Assembly (NCBI GenBank): GCA_964035545.1
Contig: OZ037768.1
Span: 6,728,741-6,792,740, forward strand
Length of the DNA stretch: 64,000 bases
Direction: 5' to 3'
Origin: Bugula neritina
Lineage: Eukaryota; Animalia; Bryozoa
Of this stretch, positions 37,301 to 49,300 are shown piece by piece (positions within the stretch are counted from its first letter, which is position 1; every line of letters begins with the position of its first letter). The position numbers were made by a program, and so were the translations under genes. Under the pieces are notes generated by a model. That model saw only the letters and a list, made by a program, of their open reading frames with translations, made no database searches and was not told the DNA's origin.

Positions 37301-40300
37301 ATGAACCACCCCTCTATCAAAGAGGAGATAAGGTGTGGATGGTCAATTACCGTAGGCGCCGCGGACAGGCTGATAAGCTGAAGCCTAAGTTCGTAGGCCC
37401 CTACGTGGTCGTCGAGGCTATGCCCAATCATACGTACAAGATTGAGCGCTCAGGACAGGTGTCTATCCAGAATGAGTCTCGCTTGAAACCGTATTGGGCT
37501 AGCCCTGACGGAGTGGGAGAAGCCCCCCCGTTGTTAGAGCCCAGGAGGCAGACAACGACGCGCGGGCGACGGCGGCATGGACCTGAATACGAAGTGGTCA
37601 TACCGCGGGAGGAAAACTTGGTGAGAGAGGAGCGGCAGCTTTTGTCAACAGAAGCGTGTCCGCCACCGCCAAGTCTAATTCCATCACTTCCAGAAACCGA
37701 GCCGGCTCCGGAAGTGCAAACCCCCACGGAGGGAGGGGCTCCATCCGGAGAACAAGAAGAGGTGACCACTAACGGTGAAGTAGAGACGCCATTTGAGGCC
37801 CCTACTAACGAACCGGCAAGCGTGTCACCCCCCTTAGAAAGGGGACAGCGTACGAGGAAACCCCCACCGTATTTGAAAGACTTCATATGTGACTGCATCA
37901 GAAGCGGCGCATATGAAAGTCTAGGGGAAAACCGTACGATAAAATGTTGGAGTTGTGAACCCCACGCAAATATCAACTTTTGCGAGGGCGGAATAGTGGG
38001 AGGAATTAATGCGCGCAAAGCAAATAGTTCCGACCTCGTGCCTCAGAAACGATGCTCAGCCTTTTCTTATGCTGACATCGCCAAAGGCAGACGTATCCCA
38101 CAACCAGCTCCAACCTTACCAAGAACGTTGAGTATGGACATTAATACCGAGTTCCCAGGTAAGCCAGTATAAGTCTTGTATTCCTATTCATGGAAACGGG
38201 CTCGATGCCAGTAAATTCTGAACTAATTCAGCAGATTGAATCAGAATTACTGGGAACCACGTTTCATGTGAATGACGATGAAGACACTGTAATGGCCGAC
38301 GGTCTATTAGACCTGGAGCTAGACACTGTTCTTGGTCAGTCCACACATGATGCATCAGTTCCTCGAGTGCATTCCAAAAGCTGTGACTCTCAGGCTAGCA
38401 ACGGTCGACAGTCACTAGAATTATGTTGTAAAGATCCACCGCGATCTAACAATAATTCTACTTTTGTAGACACACTCGCACCCGTCTCTACGGACATGCC
38501 TTCTCTAGAGATGGCATGGGACCCAGAGCCGGCCCCAACAACTCCTACCACCAGGCAACTACCACCCCAGTTGGAAGCAACCTCCAACTGGATTACCCCT
38601 GCCACAGAGAGGGAAATCAGGACCCATCAAGGAGGTGAGAGTAATCGTGAATGCAACCTCTGCCAGCAGCGATTCACAACCCACCGCAGACTAAAGGTGC
38701 ACTTGCCGCAGCACTACATCACCACTTTCTGCCCTTGCGGAGAATATAGCTATAACCGTGATTACCTACTGCGGCACCAACGTACTATGCAGTGCTATCA
38801 AGGACATGTCTATGAAGTAGACGAATCATCATATCCTGCCTTTCTCAACGCCATTAAACCACTCATCACTGACTCAGCTCGGCTATCTCGCCTGGAGCAA
38901 GGCTTCCCTTCCCCGCGACCCATCATCTCTGGAGCCACAGATAAACCTACACAGTCTGCTAACTCTCCACCTCACAGTCCTATACGCATGCCGCATACCT
39001 TTCCTCGTGTTGTACTACAGAGAGTAGACACAAATGCGTATACACTCCCTCCTCCTCTTCCATCCTCAGAGCGGAAACGACACAGGCAACCAACTTCCTC
39101 TCGCTCGTCCCCCTGGGCCCGTAACCTACGTGAGGTAGAAGCTAGGGCGCATGACTTGGAGCAAGAAGTCTACAGGCTGGCCCCACGAATACAGGCAGCC
39201 TCCAGTGAACTCAAATACTTACAGGAGTCGATTAAACGCATGAAGCGTGCGGCCCGCAATCAACTCGAGTCTACCTACCACTCCCTACTACTCATTCCCC
39301 TACCTCTCTGTGGCATTCCCTACCGTAATGGTGGCACGTACTCTACATGTAGATAGGACCTTCTCTTGCTTATTACTTAGTGCACGATATATATATCTGT
39401 ATATTTTTTACCAGTTGTTGTTTTTTTTATATACTTTTATGCTGTTCTCTTACCCCCCAACGAAGTATACGTTTTTTTATGTGAATCTTATTTTATCAGA
39501 AAGTGGGCTTTCTGCTGGAGGGGGCAGTGTGGTGGCTCGTGGAGCTACCAGCAACACAATACGCAAGGTTGCGTATTGACCCGGAACAATGTATTAGCCA
39601 ATTAACTAAGCTGTTGGATAAGTAATAGTAGCCGCTTCGCGCTACTAGCTCAGTTGAGGATAGTGCTGTAAACTAAATAGACGTGCGTATCATTACTGTT
39701 GTACATTGGATTTTATTATGTATTCTTGTATTAAATATAACGATATCTACTCGACTTAACTGGTGAAGTTTCTCTAGTGTTAAATAGACTCTCTTGGTGG
39801 CACATCAACCCTAAATCTGAAAATTATAACAATATTCTTACATTGAGTAAAACATCAAAGTTTTTATTCTAATTACTTGTTCGTGTTTATATTTGATTTT
39901 GGCTGTCACCAACAGTCCATGCGAGTTAACTTTCCTTACTTCATCATAAATCATTTACATGGTTTCATTGTTATTTTTCTAGTGGCTGCGTGATAGGTCC
40001 AACCTTTCACTTCAATGTGAACAAAATAAAGTTTGGTACCGTTTCATATGGCTTCCTCAACTCACTGCAATGCACACTCTCCAACACAGCCTTGGTTCCA
40101 ATGACATTCAATCTGCGTGTTCCGGGTGATGGACTTGCTGAAAGTTCTTCCGCCAGTGAAATGGAAAGCACTTTCAGTGAAGCTGGCTCTTTGATTCCCA
40201 AAGAATTTGAAATCACACCTTCAAGAGGTAGGCATCCATTAAAACATCTTTGTAAAATATTATTTATTATTTGCATTATAATCAATTGTTCATCAACACA

Positions 40301-43300
40301 TTTCTGTGTGTTAATAACATTATCATGATTGAGACCATCTGCAGGTTTACTATTTAACCTAAAGTGTTCTGTTTTTTAAAATTATATGATCTGATTGCTG
40401 CCTTTGAATTTTCACTCCAATCACTGAAACCATAGTTTTTATACTAAAATACTTATTTTCTATGCAATGTTCTTCATTTTTATACAGTTGGTGTTTGACA
40501 AATGTTAAGTAACTCATTTTAAAACAAATTATTAAATGGTCAATTTTTAATTTTTTAGCTTTGAATTTCACTATTTTTTTGTATATTTTTCTCCTTTAAA
40601 CGTTTGTTCAAATATGGTTTCCTAACAATATTTAGTTTTCATTTTGTCATTTTAGGCACCCTGATGCCACAGAGTGATATCAAAATTGAGATTGATTTTT
40701 GCTCAACTTCGTTGAAGAAGTACGACTCTTCTCTTGTGGTGGATGTGGAAGGTGTGGGAGAGGAGTGGCTTAGCATACCCATAGAAGCAAAGTATATAAA
40801 TTAACATTTTAAAAGTCAATATTCTCAAATTTGTTATTGCTGTGGTAAATTAAGAAAGCGAAGCAAATTGCACAACATAAATAAACAATAAGTATACTTA
40901 TAATAGTTTATTTTTCGTAATGATATTTCATTTGTATGTAGTTCTTTTAGGAAAACATTTTGTCTTCAAAATGGTTACTAGTTTATTCCTCAACTATAAC
41001 AGTTTCATGCATATAATAGCGGTTTTTTTATGCAGATGCATTGTGCCTTCTATCACTGTGATAAGCCCACTGCTAGACTATGGCAGATGCTTCCTTCGCT
41101 ATCCGTATGAAAGAAAGGTAGAGCTGAGGAATGAGTCATCACTTCCTGCTAGATACGAACTGCTGACTCAACAGGTGACACAACTCCCACTATGATAATG
41201 ACTCAACATGCTAGTAGTTCGGAATCTTATTATATAGAATTGAAGTAGTTCATACAAGCTAGTTGTTCATTAGGTTTTAGCTTAAAGTCTCTACAAGAAT
41301 TATGTTTAGAAATTTTATCACATGTCTATAAGTCTAAATGTGTGCCTGTATTTTATTAAAAATAATTATTGTAGATTCACTTTGGAAATTTTCTAATTTT
41401 TTGTAAGCTTGTTGAGTAACTATATTGTTTGAATGCTGAACAGGTTGATGACTGCTGCCCTATACTGTACTCAAGCAGCCAGAGAAAAGGAGTGATTGAG
41501 CCTCACTCTGTTAAAGAAGTGCCACTGTACATTGAGGCCCAAGGACTAGAGGAGCTGACAGTAACTGCTTACTTCATGATTGTTGGCAGTCAAGAATCTC
41601 CACTGGTATGTAACACACATGTACAAATAATCAATTCATTAATAATCATCAACTATAATGTTGATCCTTGATAAGTATTGCCGAGACGGAGTTGATGCTC
41701 TCACTTTTTGTTCTGCTCCTATCAGTATTTATTGTTACTTCACATTGCAGTCAACTTATTCAAAATTTAACTTTGATGAATTTAGAAATTGTAAAAAATA
41801 TTTTGACAACGGGACAAAAAACATATAACATTTTTATTATCCCTGTTTATGTAAGTTATAAAAAAATTTAAGGAAATAAGCTGTTAACGTTCATTTTCCA
41901 CATTTTTACACCAGCAATATATCTATTATTTCAGCCGGTACAGATCATGTGTAATGGCGAGGGTCCTGTAGTGCATGTGACACCTCTCAGCCTAGACTGG
42001 GGTCAGATACCCGTCCTTACTGATGTTGTGAGGGTCATCACTCTCTCCAATGAATCCCTAGTTCCTTCCAGGTTCACCGCACACATGGTAATTTATCATA
42101 TTGTTTTTAACAATCTAAAACAGTTGTTCATTTATGTACTTGTAATTTAGTTGTGGATTTAAATTGTCTATTTTTTGTGTGTATACTGCATATATTTCTA
42201 ATTTAAATCAACAAGTTATGTTTCAATGTGAATCTTCATTCACCACTCGCGGTGCTTGTTTTCTGTTAGGTTCGACCGAGTAGTGTTTGGAAGATTGAGC
42301 CTCAGCAAGGAGAAATACCTCCTGAAGAGTCATTTGAAATCTCGGTAACTGCCAATATAGATGACGTGGTTAGATTTCAAGACAAACTGCAAATTAACTT
42401 TCTTGAAAGTCAGTCGAGGACAATCCCTGTTGAGACATACGGATTTGGGACTACCATTGTCACATCTCCAAAGGTAATTTTGCTATCTGCAGTTCAGATT
42501 TTTATAAAGCAACTTGTAAGTTTGATATTTAATATATGTTAAATCTTTTTAAATTATTTGCCACCTCTTTGTGTTTGCAGTGCTTTATTTAAAATTTTCC
42601 CACATCAACAGTGATTCATATGTATGACATATGTACATAAATTCATTTTTAAACTAGTCAGATACTTTAATTACTTATATTTTGAAGGCTGCTTCAGCTT
42701 GCTAAATTGTAAAGGAGTGCTAAAACTTCACATTTGAATAATACATAATAAGCATAACAACGAATGAAAAAGTGAGAAAGGCTATTTTTTATTTTCCACT
42801 ATAACTTCTAAAGCTCAACTTAGAGCTTATAAAGTTGGTATCCTTTAACCACACCAGATTTCTTAGTTATAATTTAATGCTGAAAATATGTTTCAATATT
42901 TTAGATGGAGAGTTACATGAATCTTGGACCACACTTTAGCAACATTGAGTGTCAAAAGCAGTTTAAGATTACTAACTGTGGCCGGCGCATACAGCAGCTG
43001 GTTTGGAGCACCGATGGGTTTCCTCTGGTGAAGCCAAGAAGAGACCCACTCTATGACTCTAGAGATGTGAGATTCAAGGTAAAATATATTGTCAAAATTT
43101 TAGCAATTTGTATGTCAAGCTAATTCTTTTCTTACATAGTCAACGAAAATGTTCAATTCTTATAATGATTATTACAAACTTTTTTTATAGAATACTCCTT
43201 CAATGCCAGAATTTCGTCAGCCCGTGTTTAAATTGAGTCCCTCTCGTATGGAGCTGAAGCCCGGAGAGTCCATGTGGTTGACTCTGAAAGGAATCGTAAG

Positions 43301-46300
43301 AGAGCCACAAGAGGTGAAGGAGAGAATTCTCTGTCACTCTATCATAGGCAGACAGGGTGGGAAAGAACTCATCATGAAGTGTGACGTGTTTGTAGAATTC
43401 ATCTGTCCACTTCTGGAATTCTCCAACAAAGCTATGTTCTTCAGGTTTGACAAGGTGAGACGACTCAGCTGCGTCATAGTTCAGTTTTATATTTACTTAT
43501 GCAATATATTTTGTAAACTATTCATATTATAATTTTTATATATACAAGTCATAAGTTGCATGCATTTTACAAATAAATCACTAATGTCTTTGAATTTTAA
43601 ATTTTTATTCCAGCCCATCGAGTACCCCTCTCCCATGCTGACTCAGTTAAACCCTAAGGTTAAGGCAGCCACTATTTCTTGCACCCTTTCAATGTGTAGT
43701 GCTTTACTCCTTATAGCTATAGAATAGAATCAAAGCAAAAACTTTTAAAAACTTTTGACTTCTTGCTAGTTGCCTGAAAATATCTTTTCTCTTCTGGTTG
43801 TTGTCAGTGTTATTTCACTCTAAACTAAGATACTTTGTAATAGTGCAAATTGCTTACTTCTTCTAAATGGTAAAACACTCTATTATGATATGATTTTGCT
43901 TTCACCTCTCTTTAGTAACAGCTCATTGCCAGGTTAATAAGTTATTTAAAAGAGCTAGTAAACGTGACAGTTTACCATGACTGCAGATGCTAAATGAGTT
44001 TTAGTTTGCTGAAAGCAAAATCTATCAGCCTACTAATTACTAGATATGTAATACTTAGTTGTTAGAAACCTTGCTAAATACTTATGGCTATGTTTTATTA
44101 TTTTTCGCTTTGAATGTAAATATGGGTTTTTTAGTTGATGGTCTTGTTTATATTACATTTAATAAACTAACCAGCCAAATTTTACGATAATTTTTTTTCC
44201 TAAAATATTTAAGTAGTATGAATGTGTTGTAGCGTGAAAAGGTGATGCACGTTATAAAATGCAATCAGATGAACGAGTAAGCATTTTATTGAATTATTCA
44301 CCAACAACCAATATACTGAATGAAATGCTTAATTTGTTTCACAGATGCCTAAAGATACTCTAGACCTTCTAGTGCAGGATTTGTCTTTGAAAAATGTCTC
44401 AAGTCTGCCTTTGAACGTCAACTTGAGTCTCAAGTATCCCTTTGCTATGGTGTTTGGTTCAAATGATGGCAAAGTGGAAGCTGGAGAAGAGACAAAGGTC
44501 ACAGACGTCACGATAACTCTTGCTGTCAATGAGTCATACACTCTCAAAGTTGAGTTTGACCCGTCATTTAAAAATGACTGTCACATACGAACCGCTGATG
44601 AGGTGCTCAGCATATCTTACCAGGAACATCCTCATATTGTGAGTGTAAATTATCAGTTAACATGAATTCTGTAACAGGTTTTGTGTGTGCTGTGTCATGA
44701 TTCCATCGCAGCCCCTGTAGTGTAATGGGTAGCGCACTGGCTTGCAGGTTGGAGAAATGCAGTTTGATTCCTGATAGGGCAGTTTATTTTGCAGCAGGAT
44801 ACTTCATCATTTGGGTTTTTTTATTGTAAGCATGTCAACTATATTGGTCAATAATCTACAGCAGTTACAGTCTTTATTCTAAAGTAATTGCTGTTTGAAG
44901 AACTTTGTGTTTCGAGCAGTAATTAATACAAACTAATGCCGTTGAAAGAATGTTACAACTTACAATATTCAATGTATTTCGTAGGATTACATTGCTTTAA
45001 GAGGAGAAGTTTATTTTCCAAATTTATCTTTTGAGAAGACAACTGTTGACTTTGGATGTGTTCTCAACGACACTGAAGTCACGCGATATGTCAACATCAC
45101 CAACAACAGGTAATCTTGGTTCACCATTTTTTATGCTCTTTAAAACTCACGCAAGTTTATAGTCGCCATCCCTGTGAGAAACCCCTGATGAAAAGGGTTT
45201 TTGTTAGAACGGGCTAAGGACTTGTTCAAATGAGGCACAGGAGCAATTATGACTGGATGCTCTTCCTAACATCACCAATGGCCTTTGTCGGGGTTTGAAC
45301 CCACAACTTCGTGTTCACAAAGCGAACGCTCTAACCCCTAGACCACGGCTGCTCTTTAAACTCTATTTATAATTTGTTTTATATCTTATATGCACTTTAA
45401 TTTACTCTAATAGGAAGTACATATGCGTCACGTCTTTATATGTTGTAGCCCTATGGATGTAAACTACCGCTGGTCTTTTCTTGTTGACGATGAATTACAT
45501 GTTGAGCGAAGACAGAGGTATGTTCCCGCGCAGACGTACACTGTACTAGATGAACAAGACAAGGAGCAAGAAACTCTTCCAAAAGAAGAAATAGAACTGA
45601 CTAAAGTTGTATGTTTAACATCTTCTATATGTCTTCTCTCTTATTTTACATGGCTCACTGCTTTTAAACTTGGGTGACCAGACTCAATTTTTTTATTACA
45701 AAGTCAAATTTTTCGTAAAAGCTTATTTCTAATGCATGACCTAATGTTAGGCTTTAAAATTCAATTTTGTTTCATTTAAAAGGTGAAAATCTTTAGTTAA
45801 AGTTAGTCACCAGAATTCAGGGCGTTACAGTAAAGAATTTTTCCTCTCTTACCTTTTTATGTTTGTTGTTAAACCAAATGAAAATAGATTAAATGCTTGA
45901 GAATAAGACACTTTCATGTTAATGGTTTAAGCACGCTTACGTAGAATTTTACACATGCAATGACTAAAGGATCTACGAAATAATTTTTCATAGGAAGCGT
46001 ATTTAACATGATGTGATTAAATCTTCCATTAGGAATTCAGATTTTAATAGCTTGTTTCAATTTTATTTCCATTTTATTGATTTTGAAGTAACATATTTAT
46101 AGAAAGTACAGACAATAGTATCAGCAGATCATTGTTAAACTTTTTATATACTCATAATGTTTTTTAGCACTCAAAAGACACATCATGTGGAGTAGATAAC
46201 ATTGATATTGCATCTGGTCATATTCAGCCTGAAGTAATATGTGTAATTTATATAGTTCTACCATATAATATTTATTTTATACTTCTTTTCTAGGTTTTGT

Positions 46301-49300
46301 TTTCTGTTAAAGTTTAAACCTATTTTATAGCCTTTCAGCAAAAAGTTTTTTAAAAGTTTTATTTGAATTACAGTCTGTGGTTATTGTTGTTATCAAATCC
46401 TAGAGTATGTATAATTCAACGTTGGTGACAGAGTTTCAAAACCGGGTGTCCAATTATGTTGTTGTGTGGATGTAAGAATTATAAAACCTGTTTATTAAAT
46501 GATACTATTATTACCAATTTTCTTGAATGTTTCGTTTTGCAATATCTAAATTATTGTGTAAGCTTGAACTAATGTTATGTTTTAGGATCATGTTGATGAT
46601 GAGAATGCCAAGGACTTAGAGCAGGAGAAAGAAACTCCTCAACTTCCTGTAAACAATGTCTTGAGTGGAAAGGAAGCTGACCCTGTAGATGCTGACATCA
46701 CTGAGCTCTCTCCTGCTAGACCTGATGCTGAAGCTGTACCAGAACCAGATGCCGGTGATTCTAAGGTATTAGCTGCTGTACAGTGTTATTCCTGTCAACT
46801 CCGGATTATAAAAACATATTTTATATGTTTTTGCATAAGTTTTCTTACAGCAATGCTGCGTCAATAAATAAAACTTGTTGTAGCCTTTCTGGAGTGCTAA
46901 TAATTTTGTGTCACATAAATAAAAACCGCAATATTTGAGCAGTTGGGATGTTGTGATCCGCTTGAATAAGCTTCAAGTTAGATTAAAAATGTTGAGCAGC
47001 TTTTGGTAAAGCATATTTTCCTTTTTCCTAGCATGTGTACTTTAGCCCCCTTGAATTGCAATTAATTAAATATATATAGATACTGACTTTATTTGAGTTG
47101 TGTGCAATACAGTTGTTTTCACCATCAGCGATTTCTTACAACCGTCAATGCTGATTTTTGCAGTTAGTTTTATGGTACTTTATGTATATCTCATTATGAT
47201 AACTTCTTAACATCATCATTTGATCTTCCTTATAAAAACAGTCTCGCTTGCATTTTAGCTCTCTTCCAAGAAAATAGGTGGTAGAACTTTATTCACAGCA
47301 GTTTCTCGTGCTGTCATGCGTCTACATCTACCAAAAGTTGTGAGAACAAGAAATGTGTCTGATTTAGTTTTACCTGAAACTCAAAAATCTTTAGCTCAGA
47401 TAACTCCAACTTCAACTCGGGAGGTATTCTCTTTCACCCGCCTTTTCACATAGTACTATCTTCTCCACCTCAGTCTCTTTGTTCATCTCATCACACACTG
47501 CTGATCTGTAACATTCTTCTATAAAGTTTTTACTAAACAAATTTTTAAAAAATTCAATGTTTTGCAAATATATGTTTGTAGGAAGAAGTTGAAGAAGATT
47601 TTCAACAAGCTACCACATCAGAGCTGTTGGCCGAGACCAACACCGAAGCTCTGGTCCCGACTACTCTAGCCGAGGTTGAGGACATCAAGAAGGAAAATTC
47701 TGAGCTGATTGTTGCACAGCCAGGCCTTCATTCTACTGATGACCAGGTCTGTCTGTCATAAATTCATCAACATTCAAGGGAGGAAGTTCCAGGACAATCC
47801 CATATTTCCTACTTTAAAAAGACCTGTTGATTTAGGAGGAATGTCCCAATTTTTTTATTTGGTATAATTTGAACATAGTTTAGTGTCAAAAGAGTTACAT
47901 TTTTATTTTTGAGAATCAATAATATTTTAGGGAATTTAATCAAATTTAGGAGTCTTATTCTGTAATACTGTGCGATATATTACTACAATTTATATTACTT
48001 CTTACTTATACATTAACTTACAGGAGGGTGGGATAAATGAAGAAATAATTGAAGTTACTGAGCTGCATCCGATGCGTCCACAAACAAGGATGGGGCCTAT
48101 GAGGGCGCCTGCTGCTATAAATTCTACCATTAAAGCTTTACTTGAGGGAAGTCATGAGATGGAGGCTGCTCTTGGAGTCGAAGAGGTAGTAGCAAATTCA
48201 CGTGATGCATAATTTCTTTCCCTAAAAACTACTAATTACCATTTTGGTGATCATATTGTTTATATATAAGCTATCAATGTATCTCTGTGCATCTGTATAT
48301 ACCGTATATGCTGGTATATCTGCATATACTGATATATCTGCATATACTGTGTTTGTTGTATATGCTGTATATATGTATTTACTATATATTTCTATATGCT
48401 GTATATATTGTATATACTGCATATATTCTATATGCTTTATATACAGTATATGTTATATATATGCTGTATATGTGGTATATGCTGAATCTATTGGTGCAGG
48501 TGTTTGATATCCTCCCATTGTATGGTACACTGAAACCTGGTGAGACAGAGCAGATAACTCTTACATTTTACGGCCATGCTAACATTGGCAGTAAAGCAAA
48601 AGCGCTTTGTGAGGTAGAAGGTGGACCTACCTATGAACTAGCTCTTCTAGGTAATCTATTAATTACTTTTGGCAAATGATTTTTGCATTCTAATTTAGCT
48701 TTGCCAAATGAGTTTGTTTCAGAAGTTTAAAAGAGTATTTTTATATTGACTAATGTTTATTTGAAATAGATCATTTTTTAGAATTAAGGTTTCGTGTAAA
48801 ACTTTATGCAACATTATTTCGATTTTACGTTTTTGCTAATTTGTCAGCATATTGAAAATTATGCAATAAGGTAAACTACAGGTGAGTCATCGCTGGTGGA
48901 GTACCGGTTTGATGCTAGTGAGATCGACTATGGCAAGCAGATGTATGACCAGGTGGCAACCTCCGAGATCACCCTCGTCAACAAAGGAAGGGTTGGTTTT
49001 GATTTTGAAGCTCTTGATATGGAGCCTTCTGCCACTGGCAAGCCACATCCTGGCCTACCTTTGCTGATTCCTCACAAGGTGAGTTTTTGTTGCAGTTAGT
49101 TTCAGAATTTTCAGCCGAAGCAGTTCTTTAAATAGTTAGTAAAATAATTTACTCTTCAATTTAATTTCCTTCTATTCTATATTTAGTATGTTGTATCTAG
49201 ACACCAACATGTTATATAATATCATACTTATTATTTCTGCCAATATGTAATACATTAAATGGATATGTGTGAAGCAATACTAAAGTAAAATATTCCATTT

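Larger units (their letters stand above)
32394..39831 (+). mobile_element. Full-length Ty3/Gypsy LTR retrotransposon (7438 bp) in the intron after HYDIN coding exon 8
   Basis: TG...CA LTRs at 32394-32697 and 39528-39831; 4-bp target-site duplication ATAT (32390-32393, 39832-39835); primer-binding site, polypurine tract, gag, pol in PR-RT-RH-IN order, and an extra ORF3. Confidence 0.97.

Noticed and set aside
37428-38018. 196-aa antisense ORF and other reverse-strand ORFs within pol
   Set aside because: Expected by chance in GC-rich coding sequence; no recognisable motifs.
38159-38211. Possible 53-nt intron fusing integrase in frame to ORF3
   Set aside because: The donor is good but the acceptor is weak, and the intron would be shorter than the host introns I mapped here; unsupported without transcripts.
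38190-39356. env gene (errantivirus-like)
   Set aside because: No signal peptide, fusion peptide or transmembrane anchor; zinc fingers instead.
44711-44781. Functional tRNA-Cys gene
   Set aside because: Acceptor, anticodon and T stems pair poorly and the B box is degenerate.
48222-48507. Overlapping Tyr/Ile-rich ORFs on both strands
   Set aside because: Products of an intronic low-complexity repeat; the true HYDIN exon starts at 48500.
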